Below are positions 45,707-56,263 of a stretch of DNA of 64,000 bases, in pieces; within the stretch, counting starts at the first letter, position 1; every line of letters starts with the position of its first letter. The DNA is taken from the NCBI GenBank assembly GCA_965228875.1, contig OZ245843.1, forward strand, positions 2,090,616 to 2,154,615, in the 5' to 3' direction. The position numbers and the translations under genes were made by a program. Below the pieces are notes generated by a model. That model was given only the letters and a program-made list of their open reading frames with translations, had not been told where the DNA came from and did no database searches. This stretch comes from Thalassobaculaceae bacterium. Its GTDB lineage: Bacteria > Pseudomonadota > Alphaproteobacteria > Thalassobaculales > Thalassobaculaceae.

Positions 45707-48160
45707 TTATGCCCGCAGCGCCTCGTTCTCCGGGTCGTACGGGCTTTCCGGAACGATCCGGGCCGGCCGCAATTCACCCATCAGTCGGACCTGACAGTCG
45801 CGGCCGATCTCGGCGAACCCGGTCTTCACATATCCGAGCATCAGCGACTTGCCCACGTGGTGACCGTAGCCGCCGGCGGTACCCCGGCCGACCACCTCGC
45901 CGTCCATGAACACCGGTTCGTTGCCGAAGCTGTCGGCGTCGTCGGCGTCGATCTCGATCGTGCAGTAGGTATTCGGTACCCCTGCCTGCTGCTGGGCGAC
46001 CAGGGCGTCGCGGCCGACGAACTCCCCCTTGTTCAGGCGCACGAAGCGGTTCAGGCCGGCCTCCAGCGCGGAATTCTCGGCGTTCAGGTCGGTGCCCCAG
46101 AGCCGGTAGCTCTTCTCCAGCCGCATGCTGTCCATGGCGCGCATTCCCACCAGGCCGATGTCGAACTCCCTGCCCGCCTCCATCAGGGCGTCGTAGAGGT
46201 GCGCCTGGTACTCGATCGGATGGTGCAGTTCCCAGCCGAGCGACCCGACGAAATTGACCCGCAGCGCACGCACGGTTGGACACCAACCAACCGGTATGTC
46301 CTGCACCGTCAACCACGGGAACGCCTCGTTGGAGACGTCCGCATCGGCCAGCTTCTCCAGCACTCGCCGCGCATCCGGCCCGGCCAGGACCAGAACGCCG
46401 TACTGGGTGCTCAGGTCGGAGAGGACCACCGAACCGTCGCGCGGCAACTGCTTGGTGAGGAAGTCCCAGTCGTAGTCGTGACCGGCTCCCGGGCCGACCA
46501 GGTAGAAGCGCTCGCCATAGAGTCCGTCGGGCAGACGCGAGATGGTGAATTCCGAGCGGATCGAACCGGACGGGTTCAGCGCATGGCTGAGGCTCATGCG
46601 GCCGATCTTCTTCGGGATGACGTTGGCGACCATCCGGTCCAGCCACGCCCGCGCACCCGGTCCCTCGACCATGTATTTGGCGAAGGAGGAGAGTTCCAGC
46701 AGGCCCACCCGCTCGCGCATCGCCGCGACTTCCCGGCCCACATGGGGGAACCAGTTGGAGCGACGGAACGAGTACTCGTCCTTGCGGACGACGCCCTGCG
46801 GCGCGAACCAGTTCGGCCGTTCCCAGCCGAACCGGGCTCCCCAGACCGCACCGGCGGCGTCCAGCCGTCCGTGGATCGGCACGGTCTTGGCCGGACGGCC
46901 GGCCTCGCGTTCCTCCATGGGGAAGTGGTTGACGAAGACGTGCTCGTACGCCTCCTCGTTCTTGATCCGGGCGAAGTTCTTGGAGACCACGCCGAAGCGC
47001 CGGGGATCGACGCCGATCATGTCGACCGAAGGCTCGCCGTCGACGATCCAGTTGGCGAGCTGCCAGCCGGCTCCGCCCGCAGCCGTGACGCCGAAGCTGT
47101 GACCTTCCGACAGCCAGAAATTCGGCAGACCGAAGGCCGGACCGACCATCGGGTTGCCGTCCGGCGTGTAGGAGATCGGCCCGTTGACGATGTCCTTGAT
47201 ACCGGCGGTCTCGAAGGACGGAACCCGGCTCATGCAGGCCTCGACATGCGGCATCAGCCGTTCGAGGTCGCCCGGGAACAGATCCTTCTCAAAGGTCGAG
47301 GGCACGCCGTCGACGAAACAGGCCGGGGCGAAACGTTCGTACGGGCCAAGGATCCAGCCCATCCGCTCCTCGCGGAAATAGTACTGGCTGTCCGACTCGC
47401 GCAGCACCGGCAGCTCCGGATTGCCGGCCTCGCGGTACGCCTTCAGGGTCGGGTCGACATCGGTGACGATGTACTGGTGCTCGACGGGAATCGCCGGGAT
47501 CTGCAGGCCGACCATCAGCGCGGTCTGTCGCGCGTAGTTGCCGGTGGCGGAGACCACATGCTCGCAGCGGATCGAGCCCGCCTGGCCCGCATGCATGGTG
47601 TGGACGATCCACTCGTTGTTGTCGCGCTCGATACCGGTGACCTCGGTGTGCTGACGGATCGTGCCGCCATGCATCCGCGCGCCCCTGGCGAGCGCCATGG
47701 TGACGTCGACCGGCGCGATATGGCCGTCGGTCGGATGCCAGAGCGCGCCGATCAGCCCGTCCGCGTTAATCAGCGGCCACAACTTCCTGATCTCGTCGAC
47801 GCCTACCAGATGGCATTCGACGCCGATGGTCTCGGCCGTGCACTGGTAGTTGCGGTACTCGTCCATGCGGTCGCGGTTGGTGGCGAGCCGCAGGTTGCCG
47901 ACGCCGTGGAAACTCACGTCCTGACCGGTCTCGGCCTCCAGCGTCTTGTAGAGCTCGACGGAATACTGGTGCAGCTGACCGACCGAGTAGCTCATGTTGA
48001 ACAGCGGCAGCAGCCCGGCGGCGTGCCAGGTCGAGCCGGCCGTCAGCTCCGTGCGTTCCAGCAGCACGCAGTCCGACCACCCCTTCTTGGCCAGATGATA
48101 AAGCGTGCTCACGCCGACCACGCCGCCCCCGATCACCACGACCCGCGCCGTCTCCTGCAT
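45707..48160 (-). CDS. FAD-dependent oxidoreductase with GcvT domain (dimethylglycine/sarcosine dehydrogenase-like)
   Basis: VVIGGGVVG, GSTWHAAG, NGPISYTPDG, GWERPNWF, GWELH, SMRLEKSYR. Confidence 0.9.
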   Translation of the reverse strand: MQETARVVVIGGGVVGVSTLYHLAKKGWSDCVLLERTELTAGSTWHAAGLLPLFNMSYSVGQLHQYSVELYKTLEAETGQDVSFHGVGNLRLATNRDRMDEYRNYQCTAETIGVECHLVGVDEIRKLWPLINADGLIGALWHPTDGHIAPVDVTMALARGARMHGGTIRQHTEVTGIERDNNEWIVHTMHAGQAGSIRCEHVVSATGNYARQTALMVGLQIPAIPVEHQYIVTDVDPTLKAYREAGNPELPVLRESDSQYYFREERMGWILGPYERFAPACFVDGVPSTFEKDLFPGDLERLMPHVEACMSRVPSFETAGIKDIVNGPISYTPDGNPMVGPAFGLPNFWLSEGHSFGVTAAGGAGWQLANWIVDGEPSVDMIGVDPRRFGVVSKNFARIKNEEAYEHVFVNHFPMEEREAGRPAKTVPIHGRLDAAGAVWGARFGWERPNWFAPQGVVRKDEYSFRRSNWFPHVGREVAAMRERVGLLELSSFAKYMVEGPGARAWLDRMVANVIPKKIGRMSLSHALNPSGSIRSEFTISRLPDGLYGERFYLVGPGAGHDYDWDFLTKQLPRDGSVVLSDLSTQYGVLVLAGPDARRVLEKLADADVSNEAFPWLTVQDIPVGWCPTVRALRVNFVGSLGWELHHPIEYQAHLYDALMEAGREFDIGLVGMRAMDSMRLEKSYRLWGTDLNAENSALEAGLNRFVRLNKGEFVGRDALVAQQQAGVPNTYCTIEIDADDADSFGNEPVFMDGEVVGRGTAGGYGHHVGKSLMLGYVKTGFAEIGRDCQVRLMGELRPARIVPESPYDPENEALRA

Positions 48161-48451
48161 CTCCGCCTCCCGCAGCCGCATCGGGCCTGACCGCCCGTCC
48201 GCCAAGCAGAGTGCCGCCGTTGGCCCGGCCGTCCCGACCCGTAGGCGACGGTCCGGTGTCGGATTTGCGGCAATGGCGAGACGCCGCGCGCCTTCCCGGC
48301 CGAAGATTTTCCGCACTGCAACGCCGCGCTTTACAGCTTGCGCGGCATTGCCTTAGGGTTTCGCGAAACAAGGGGCACGCAATGTCGTGTCGATCCGAGC
48401 GTGTTGCTTTAGGGAGGCGGCACGGCTCACGTCTAGCGTGGCAAGGGGGAC

Positions 48452-49540
48452 ATGGCGGAAACAAAGACGCCGTTCGTCCAATTCGTAGAGGTCCAGAAGA
48501 CCTATGACGGGGAGATCCTCGTCGTCAAAGACCTCAATCTCGACATTCAGGCCGGTGAGTTCCTGACGATGCTCGGGCCCTCCGGGTCCGGCAAGACGAC
48601 CTGTCTGATGATGCTCGCGGGTTTCGAGACGCCGACCGAGGGACAGATCCTGCTCGGCGGGCGGGAACTGAACAACGTGCCGCCGCACAAGCGCGGAATC
48701 GGCATGGTGTTCCAGAACTACGCGCTGTTCCCGCACATGACCGTCGCCGAGAACCTGGCGTTTCCGCTCGAGGTCCGAAAGCTGTCCAAGGCGGACACCG
48801 AGGCCAAGGTCCAGCGGGCACTGGACATGGTCGAGCTCGGAAGCTTCGGCGGCCGGCGACCGGGACAGCTCTCCGGCGGCCAGCAGCAGCGCGTGGCGCT
48901 CGCCCGCGCCCTGGTGTTCGAACCCGATCTGGTGCTGATGGACGAGCCGCTCGGCGCGCTCGACAAGAACCTGCGCGAGCAGATGCAGTACGAGATCAAG
49001 CACATCCACGAGAACCTCGGCATGACCGTCGTCTACGTGACGCACGATCAGTCCGAGGCGCTGACGATGTCGGACAGGATCGCCGTGTTCAATGACGGCA
49101 AGATCCAGCAGCTCGCCGCCCCGCCGGTGCTGTACGAGAAGCCGGAAAACGCGTTCGTCGCCGCCTTCATCGGCGAGAACAACCGGCTGCTCGGCACCGT
49201 CAAGGAGGTCAACGGCGCCAGCTGCACCATCGATGTCGATGGCCACATCATCCAGGCGCTGAGCGTGAATCACGGCGGAGTCGGCTCGCGCACCACGCTG
49301 TCGCTGCGGCCGGAGCGGGTCGCGCTCGATCCGGAGCCGGGCAGCATGCCCAACGTGTTCGATGCGACGGTCGAGGAACTGATCTACCTCGGCGATCACA
49401 TCCGGACACGGGTGAGCACCTGCGGCGATGACGAGTTCATCGTGAAGGTGCCGAATTCCCACGCCCACGCGTCGCTTGACCGCGGTCAGAAGGTCAAGGT
49501 CGGCTGGGCCCTGGACGATTGTCGCGCGCTCGACGCGTGA
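48452..49540 (+). CDS. PotA-like ABC ATP-binding protein
   Basis: GPSGSGKT, VFQNYALFPH, LSGGQQQR, DEPLGALD, TOBE-like C-terminus. Confidence 0.92.
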   Translation: MAETKTPFVQFVEVQKTYDGEILVVKDLNLDIQAGEFLTMLGPSGSGKTTCLMMLAGFETPTEGQILLGGRELNNVPPHKRGIGMVFQNYALFPHMTVAENLAFPLEVRKLSKADTEAKVQRALDMVELGSFGGRRPGQLSGGQQQRVALARALVFEPDLVLMDEPLGALDKNLREQMQYEIKHIHENLGMTVVYVTHDQSEALTMSDRIAVFNDGKIQQLAAPPVLYEKPENAFVAAFIGENNRLLGTVKEVNGASCTIDVDGHIIQALSVNHGGVGSRTTLSLRPERVALDPEPGSMPNVFDATVEELIYLGDHIRTRVSTCGDDEFIVKVPNSHAHASLDRGQKVKVGWALDDCRALDA

Positions 49541-49652
49541 CCGCGTCCTATCGGGAGTCCGGTCCGGTCGCGACCCCCGGCCGGTCCAGGAACAGCAAGA
49601 CTTTTGGGGCAATCGCCGGACCGATCCGGCACAACACAGGGAGACTTGTTCG

Positions 49653-50720
49653 ATGAAACACCTGTTGAAGACCGGCGTGGCCGCCTTCGCCTTGGCGGCG
49701 GTTGGAGCCGCGGGCGTGGCGTCGGCCGACACGCTGACCATCGTTTCGTGGGGCGGCGCCTACACCAAGAGCCAGGTCGAGGCCTACCAGAAGCCGTGGA
49801 TCGCCAAGACCGGCGACACCATCAACTCCGAGGACTACAACGGCGGTCTCGCCGAGGTCCGCGCGCAGGTCGAGGCCGGCAACGTGACCTGGGACCTGGT
49901 CGACGTGGAGCTGTCCGACGCCGTGCGCGGCTGCGACGAGGGCATCCTCGAGACGCTGCCGGTCGACGACCTGCCGGCCGCGCCCGACGGCACCCCGGCC
50001 GCCGAGGACTTCATCACCGGCACCCTGCACGAGTGCGCGGTCGGCCTGATCGTCTGGTCGACGGTCTACGCCTACGACAGCTCGAAGTTCAGCACCGGCC
50101 CGACCACGATCGCCGACTTCTTCGATCTGGAGAAGTTCCCGGGCAAGCGCGGCATGCGCAAGACGCCGAAGGCCAACCTCGAGTTCGCGCTGCTCGCCGA
50201 CGGCGTGCCGTCCGGTGAGGTCTACGAGATGCTGGCCACCCCGGAGGGTGTCGAGCGCGCCTTCGCCAAGCTCAACACCATCAAGGACGACACGATCTGG
50301 TGGGAAGCCGGTGCCCAGCCGCCGCAGCTTCTGGCCGACGGCGAAGTGGTGATGACCACCGCCTACAACGGCCGCCTGTTCAACGCCATCGTGAACGAGG
50401 GCAAGCCGTTCGAGATCGTGTGGGACGGTCAGGTCTGGGACATCGACCTGTGGGTGATGCCGCGCGGCACGCCGAACAAGGCGCGCGCCTGGGAGTTCAT
50501 CAAGTTCTCGAGCGACACCCAGCGCCTCGCCGACCAGGCCAAGTACATCTCCTACGGCCCGGTGCGTAAGTCCTCGTTCGACCTGGTCGAGCCGAAGATG
50601 CAGCCGCACATGCCGACGGCGCCGCAGAACTTCGAAAACCCGCTGCAGAACGACTTCGAGTTCTGGGCGGACTACGGCGACGAGCTGAACGAGCGTTTCA
50701 ACGCCTGGCTCGCCAGCTGA
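49653..50720 (+). CDS. PotD/PotF-like ABC substrate-binding protein
   Basis: Signal peptide; SWGGAY, WDLVD, KFPGKRG, AYNGR, ERFNAWL. Confidence 0.9.
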   Translation: MKHLLKTGVAAFALAAVGAAGVASADTLTIVSWGGAYTKSQVEAYQKPWIAKTGDTINSEDYNGGLAEVRAQVEAGNVTWDLVDVELSDAVRGCDEGILETLPVDDLPAAPDGTPAAEDFITGTLHECAVGLIVWSTVYAYDSSKFSTGPTTIADFFDLEKFPGKRGMRKTPKANLEFALLADGVPSGEVYEMLATPEGVERAFAKLNTIKDDTIWWEAGAQPPQLLADGEVVMTTAYNGRLFNAIVNEGKPFEIVWDGQVWDIDLWVMPRGTPNKARAWEFIKFSSDTQRLADQAKYISYGPVRKSSFDLVEPKMQPHMPTAPQNFENPLQNDFEFWADYGDELNERFNAWLAS

Positions 50721-50728
50721 CACCTTCT

Positions 50729-50756
50729 GCGGGGGAGCGGATCGCCGCTCCCCCGC
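50729..50756 (+). other. Intercistronic 12-bp stem hairpin
   Basis: GCGGGGGAGCGG-ATCG-CCGCTCCCCCGC directly after the SBP stop. Confidence 0.6.
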
Positions 50757-50827
50757 CCCTCATTCGTTTCGCACTTTTCGATCCGCTCGTTTTGAGCACC
50801 CGGACCAATCGACAACGGGAGACCCGG

Positions 50828-52435
50828 ATGGCGGACGCTGTACACGACTCGGGATCCGCGCCCAGGCAGATGACCATGGCCGACGGAACGCCGCTCAAGG
50901 TGGCCCTGGCCCGGGCGACCCGACGCAGCAAGATCCGCGCCTTTCTGCTCGTCGCTCCGCTCCTGCTGTTCATCCTGATCACCTTCATCGTCCCGATCAT
51001 CGACATGCTGCTGCGCAGCGTCGACAACCCGGAAGTGACCGACGCCATCCCGCGAACCGTCATCGCCCTGGACGCCTGGGATGGCGAGGGACTGCCACCG
51101 CCGGCGGTCTACGAGGCGTTCATCCAGGAGATGGGCGACCGCAGCGAACAGCAGCGCCGCAATGTCGGCCGCATGGGCGCGCGCCTGAACTACGAGGGCG
51201 GCGGGTTCCGCTCGCTCGTCAACAAGACCCAGCGCGCGGCGGCCAAGATCGCCAAGGCCCCGGTTCCCCTGGCCCTGGCCGGCTTCAACCCGGCCTGGGG
51301 CGACAAGGACACATGGGCGGCGCTGGACGCCATGGCGGAGACGCCGGCCTTCGCCGAAGTACTGCCGGAAACGGCGGCGCTGTTGGTTAAGTGGAAACCC
51401 GGCACCCCGCCCTTCGGCGAACCGACCCCGAAATCCGGGACCTACTCGACGATCCTCGCTGAACTGAAGGCGGCGTCCGCGGGCGGCACCCTGCCCGGTC
51501 TCGCCGACCGTCTGGCGTCGACAGACGGCGGCGTCGCCGATCTTCTGCGCGATACCGGCACGCGGGCGGCGGACATCGAGGCGAGCCCCCTGCAGTTCGC
51601 GCTCGCCGGCGTCGACGAGGACTGGGCCAAGCCCGAGACCTGGAAGACGATCAAGCTGGTCTCCTCGCCGATCACCGCCAGCTACTACCTCAACGCGGTG
51701 GACCGGACCTACGATTCCGACGGCAACGTCGTCATGCAGCCGGAGTGGAAGCAGATCTACGTCGATCTGTTCATGAAGACGATCTACGTCTCGCTCGGCG
51801 TGACCCTGGCCTGCCTGATCCTCGCCTATCCGATTTCATACCTGCTGGCGACGCTGCCGCCGTCCCGAGGCAACCTGCTGCTGATCCTGGTGCTGCTGCC
51901 GTTCTGGACGTCGCTGCTGGTGCGGACGACCTCCTGGATCGTGCTGCTGCAGACCCAGGGCGTGATCAACGACACCCTGGTCTTTCTCGGCTTCATCTCG
52001 GACGATAACCGGATCGAGATGATCTACAACATGACCGGCACGATCATCGCGATGACGCACATCCTGCTCCCGTTCATGGTGCTGCCGCTGTACTCGGTGA
52101 TGAAGACGATCTCGCCGAGCTACATGCGCGCCGCCCGATCGCTCGGCGCCAACCCGCTGGTCGCGTTCGTACGGGTCTACATGCCGCAGACCGTGCCCGG
52201 CATCGGCGCCGGCTCGATCCTCGTGTTCATCCTGGCGATCGGCTACTATATCACCCCGGCCCTCGTGGGCGGCCAGGATGGCCAGCTGATCTCGAACTTC
52301 ATCGCCTACCATATGCAGAAATCGCTGAACTGGGGCCTTGCGGCCGCGCTCGGGACGATCCTGCTGGCGGGCGTGCTGGTGATGTACTGGCTGTACGACC
52401 GGCTGGTCGGCATCGACAACATGAAACTCGGCTGA
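50828..52435 (+). CDS. PotB-like ABC permease with enlarged periplasmic loop
   Basis: LAYP, LLPFWTSLLVRT, HILLPFMVLPLY, AARSLGA, GYYITPALVGG. Confidence 0.9.
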   Translation: MADAVHDSGSAPRQMTMADGTPLKVALARATRRSKIRAFLLVAPLLLFILITFIVPIIDMLLRSVDNPEVTDAIPRTVIALDAWDGEGLPPPAVYEAFIQEMGDRSEQQRRNVGRMGARLNYEGGGFRSLVNKTQRAAAKIAKAPVPLALAGFNPAWGDKDTWAALDAMAETPAFAEVLPETAALLVKWKPGTPPFGEPTPKSGTYSTILAELKAASAGGTLPGLADRLASTDGGVADLLRDTGTRAADIEASPLQFALAGVDEDWAKPETWKTIKLVSSPITASYYLNAVDRTYDSDGNVVMQPEWKQIYVDLFMKTIYVSLGVTLACLILAYPISYLLATLPPSRGNLLLILVLLPFWTSLLVRTTSWIVLLQTQGVINDTLVFLGFISDDNRIEMIYNMTGTIIAMTHILLPFMVLPLYSVMKTISPSYMRAARSLGANPLVAFVRVYMPQTVPGIGAGSILVFILAIGYYITPALVGGQDGQLISNFIAYHMQKSLNWGLAAALGTILLAGVLVMYWLYDRLVGIDNMKLG

Positions 52436-52451
52436 GCGGAGGGACGGCGAG

Positions 52452-53315
52452 ATGGCGATTCCGAGCTACGCGGGTCCCTTGGAGCGGGCCTGGTACTACC
52501 TCTACCGGATCATCTGCGCGGCGATCTTCTTCTTCCTGATCATGCCGATCGTGGTGATCATCCCGCTGTCCTTCAACGCCGAGCCCTACTTCACCTTCAC
52601 GCCGGAAATGCTGCGGCTCGAGGCGGACGCCTATTCGCTGCGCTGGTACGCCGACATCGTGAACAACGAGCAGTGGCTGCACTCGATCAAGAACAGCTTC
52701 ATCGTCGGCATCGCCTCGACGCTGATCGCCACCTCGCTCGGCACGCTTGCCGCGCTGGGCCTGTCGCGGGCGGAACTGCCGGCCAAGAGCCTGCTGATGG
52801 GCATCCTGATCTCGCCGATGATCGTGCCGCTGATCATCACGGCGGCCGCCATGTTCTTCTTCTACTCGGCGCCGTTCGGCACCGACTTCGCCCTGGCGCA
52901 GACCTATACCGGCGTGATTCTGGCCCATGCCGCGCTTGGAACACCCTTCGTCGTCATCACGGTGACGGCGACGCTCGTCGGGTTCGACAAGAACCTGATC
53001 CGCGCCTCCAACTCCATGGGCGCCGACATGCCGACGACCTTCTTCAAGGTCATCATGCCGCTGATCCTGCCTGGTGTGATCTCCGGCGCACTGTTCGCGT
53101 TCGTCACCTCGTTCGACGAGGTGGTCGTGGTCCTGTTCATGGCCGGTTTCGAGCAGCGCACGATCCCGCGCCAGATGTGGGCCGGCATCCGCGAGCAGAT
53201 CAGCCCGACGATCCTCGCGGTGGCGACCCTGCTGATCATCATCTCGACCATGCTGCTGGCGACCATTGAGCTTCTCCGCCGGCGCAACGAGAAGATGCGC
53301 GGCGTGACCTATTGA
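52452..53315 (+). CDS. PotC-like ABC permease
   Basis: SLRWY, SPMIVP, LAHAALGTPFV, FVTSFDEVV. Confidence 0.9.
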   Translation: MAIPSYAGPLERAWYYLYRIICAAIFFFLIMPIVVIIPLSFNAEPYFTFTPEMLRLEADAYSLRWYADIVNNEQWLHSIKNSFIVGIASTLIATSLGTLAALGLSRAELPAKSLLMGILISPMIVPLIITAAAMFFFYSAPFGTDFALAQTYTGVILAHAALGTPFVVITVTATLVGFDKNLIRASNSMGADMPTTFFKVIMPLILPGVISGALFAFVTSFDEVVVVLFMAGFEQRTIPRQMWAGIREQISPTILAVATLLIIISTMLLATIELLRRRNEKMRGVTY

Positions 53316-53418
53316 TCCAGACGGCCCGGTTTTCGCGAACGAGTCGCAATAACGCTCTGGACAATCCCCGTCGTCGGGTCCATATCTGAGAGCGTTCGCC
53401 GCGCCAGGAGGCTGGGCC

Positions 53419-53952
53419 ATGTACCGCGACAATTCCCTCGTTCCCAAGGAAGCCATCCGGCTCGCCGCGCTCGGCCTGCTGGCGGAGGGCGACCGGGTGT
53501 ACAGCGATCTGGCCGCCGAGGTTCGGGAGTTCGCGGCCCGTATCGTCGGCCCGTCCCTCGACCTTCTCGGAACGTCGATCGAGCTGCTGAAGTTCGAGGG
53601 CCTGATCGAGGCCGTGCCGGGACAGGGTGGCGGCGACGGCGCGCTGCTGCGGCTGAGTGCCGAGGGACGCGAGGCGCTGACCGGCTACCTGACCGCGACC
53701 CTGCGCCCGGGCTTCTCCGACCTCAACAAGCTGGTGCTGGCCCTCAAGCTGCGCTTCATCGGCCAGCTCGACGCCGAGGATCGGGACGAGCAGCTGCATG
53801 CGCTCGAGCTCATGTATCAGGGCGAGCGGGCGCGCCTCGCCGATCTCGCCGCCCATGAGGAGTGGGGCGGCGGCCTGCTGGACGACTGGCTGAGCCACGA
53901 GGTCGAACAGATCGACCGCCGGATCGAGTGGGTTCGCGGGTTGCGCGCCTGA
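53419..53952 (+). CDS. Winged-helix (PadR-like) protein
   Basis: LAALGLL.EG...Y, L..EGLI, LSAEGREAL; helical C-terminus. Confidence 0.6.
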   Translation: MYRDNSLVPKEAIRLAALGLLAEGDRVYSDLAAEVREFAARIVGPSLDLLGTSIELLKFEGLIEAVPGQGGGDGALLRLSAEGREALTGYLTATLRPGFSDLNKLVLALKLRFIGQLDAEDRDEQLHALELMYQGERARLADLAAHEEWGGGLLDDWLSHEVEQIDRRIEWVRGLRA

Positions 53953-54039
53953 CCGGCTGCCTCTGTCTTCACAACAAGCGAAATCCGCGCTGACGCGCCG
54001 CCCACGGTTCAGACCGGTTCTATCGGAACCGGTCCTGCT

Positions 54040-54777
54040 TTATCCTGCCGCCGCCGAGGTGTCTGTCGGCGCCATCGCCCGGCGCACGAACCCTGCGATC
54101 CAGGCCCCGAGGGCGTCGTGATCGAGCGGCGTGGCGAGCGATGCCTTCCCCGCGGCGAACACATCGGGTCCCAGCCGGTCCTGGCGCAGATCCAGAAGCC
54201 GGTTGATGATGGGGACATTCATTTCCGGATGCCCCTGCAGGGTAAGGATCCGGTCGCCGATCCGCAGCATCGCATAGGGGCAGAACGCGTTGCCCGCCAG
54301 CACCTCCGCGCCCGCCGGCGGCTCGACGACCTGATCCTGGTGGCTGACGATCACATTGGGCGCATCCGGGCCGCCGCGCATCCACTCCTCGCGCTGCAGG
54401 ATCGGGTGGCTGTGCACCCCGACGCCCCAGCCCTTGCCGGATTTTTCCACCCGGCCGCCGAGCGCCTGGGCGATGAGCTGGTGGCCGAAACAGCCGCCGA
54501 CCAGCACCCTGTCGGCGGCGACGGCGTCTCGCACGAACGTCTCCGCGCGGCCGATCCAGTCGAGATCCTCGTAGACTCCGTGGGGGCTGCCGGTGAAGAC
54601 GTACGCGTCGTGGGCGTCGACGGAGCCCGGGAACACGCCGTCCACCACCATCGCCCCGGTGAAGCGCGCTTCCGGGAGATGTGGTGCCAGCAGGCGGGTG
54701 AACATATCCTGATAGGGGTCAAGCACGTCCGCCAGTTCCGGCGAGACATGGGCGCAGACCATGATGCAGATCCGCAT
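54040..54777 (-). CDS. Type 1 glutamine amidotransferase-like protein
   Basis: FTGS, GGCFGHQLIAQALGG, SHQDQV, LQGHPE. Confidence 0.9.
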   Translation of the reverse strand: MRICIMVCAHVSPELADVLDPYQDMFTRLLAPHLPEARFTGAMVVDGVFPGSVDAHDAYVFTGSPHGVYEDLDWIGRAETFVRDAVAADRVLVGGCFGHQLIAQALGGRVEKSGKGWGVGVHSHPILQREEWMRGGPDAPNVIVSHQDQVVEPPAGAEVLAGNAFCPYAMLRIGDRILTLQGHPEMNVPIINRLLDLRQDRLGPDVFAAGKASLATPLDHDALGAWIAGFVRRAMAPTDTSAAAG

Positions 54778-54791
54778 GGCGTTCCCTTTCC

Positions 54792-55532
54792 TCAGAGAAT
54801 GTGCTGGCCACCCGTCACGAAGACCTCCGTGCCGGTCACATAGGCGCTGTCGTCGCTGCACAGGTAGTAGATCGCGCCGGCGACATCCTTGGGCTGCCCC
54901 AGCTTCTGCAGCGGAATCCGGGGAATCAGCACCTCGGTCTCGGGTGACAGCATGGCGGTCTCGATCTCCCCCGGCGCGACCGCGTTGACGCGCACGCCAA
55001 GCTCGGCGAACTCGTTCGCCATCTCCCGGGTCAGCGCCGACAGGGCCGCCTTGGACGTGGAATAGGCCGAGCCCGCGAAGGGGTGGATCTCGTGACCGGC
55101 AATGGACGTGATGTTGACGATCGCCCCTTTGCCCCGGTGGAGCGAGGCGGCGAAGCCGCGCGCCAGCTTCAGCGGCGCGAAGAAATTCACCTCGAACACC
55201 CGGTGCCAGGCCTCCAGGTCGCCGTTCAGCACGCCGAGCCGCTCCTTGAAGGCGGATTTCGGTGACCATCCGGCATTGTTGACCAGCGCATGCAGCGGCC
55301 GGTCGCCGAGCCACTCGTTCGCCTCGTCGATGAAGGCGTCCAGACTGTCCGGGTCGGACAGGTCGGCGGTAATGTGCCAGGCCCGGTCGGGGTCGCGCAG
55401 ACACTCCGCCGGCGGCGCATCGCGCGAGCAGGTCAGCAGACGCCATCCCCTCTGCACGAAGATCTGCACGGTAGCGTGGCCGATGCCCCGGCTGGCGCCG
55501 GTGAGCAGCATGAGTTTCGAGTCGTCGGACAT
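54792..55532 (-). CDS. SDR family oxidoreductase
   Basis: TGASRGIG, NNAG, YSTSK, VNAVAPG. Confidence 0.93.
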   Translation of the reverse strand: MSDDSKLMLLTGASRGIGHATVQIFVQRGWRLLTCSRDAPPAECLRDPDRAWHITADLSDPDSLDAFIDEANEWLGDRPLHALVNNAGWSPKSAFKERLGVLNGDLEAWHRVFEVNFFAPLKLARGFAASLHRGKGAIVNITSIAGHEIHPFAGSAYSTSKAALSALTREMANEFAELGVRVNAVAPGEIETAMLSPETEVLIPRIPLQKLGQPKDVAGAIYYLCSDDSAYVTGTEVFVTGGQHIL

Positions 55533-55623
55533 GGCCGGAAGGTAGAGCAAATCACGATCGGATGGAAACTCCGATCGCGTCAATCTGCCCTGCCTTTAAT
55601 GACTTAGAGGGCGATTCCCGGTA

Positions 55624-55875
55624 TCAGTCTCGGCCGCTCGCCGCCAGCCACGGAACGGCGGCTGCGGCCGACGCCCATGCCGCCTCCCGGGACTCGTAGC
55701 GGCCGTCCAGATACCAGGACACCGGCGTCCATCGCCCGCCGTCCTCGGGATCGCGCCGGAACTCCTCGAAGCCGAAGCTGCCGTCCGGGCGGCGGAACAG
55801 ATCGACGCAACGGTCGTGCTGGCCGTTCTCGACGCTCTCGAGAACGGTCCAACTCGGGTCCAGGCGGGTCGACAT
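55624..55875 (-). CDS. Small hypothetical protein
   Basis: RCVDLFRRPDGSFGFEEFRRDPED; co-oriented with and tightly spaced from neighbours. Confidence 0.6.
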   Translation of the reverse strand: MSTRLDPSWTVLESVENGQHDRCVDLFRRPDGSFGFEEFRRDPEDGGRWTPVSWYLDGRYESREAAWASAAAAVPWLAASGRD

Positions 55876-55881
55876 CCGCGG

Positions 55882-56244
55882 TCAGCGAACGCTCACCACC
55901 TTGAAGGTGCGGAGTTCGCCATCGTGTTCGGTGATCGACACATACTCGCCGACGACGAAGTGGTGGCGGTCGAACTTGAAGATCGGTTCGTCCTCGTCGT
56001 CGTCCATCCCGTCGTAGTGGAACAGCCAGCGATTGCCGCGGCGATGAATGAGGTGGCCTGTCTCGTCGGCCTCTCCCTCCCAGAACCGGCGAACGGTGCA
56101 GGAGGACCGGACCTCGGGCCACGCCTCGTGATCGAGCGTCCCGTCGTCCGCCAACGGGGCCTTGAACTCATAGCCGCGGGACGCGCTGCCCTCGGGGAAA
56201 TCGGGGCTTCGCGCCAACTCCAGGCGAATGGTCCGCACACTCAT
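55882..56244 (-). CDS. Hypothetical protein
   Basis: RLELARSPDFPEGS...VRRFW...GEYVSI; GGGAGAG RBS. Confidence 0.7.
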   Translation of the reverse strand: MSVRTIRLELARSPDFPEGSASRGYEFKAPLADDGTLDHEAWPEVRSSCTVRRFWEGEADETGHLIHRRGNRWLFHYDGMDDDEDEPIFKFDRHHFVVGEYVSITEHDGELRTFKVVSVR

Positions 56245-56263
56245 CGCGATGCTCTCCCCAGTC

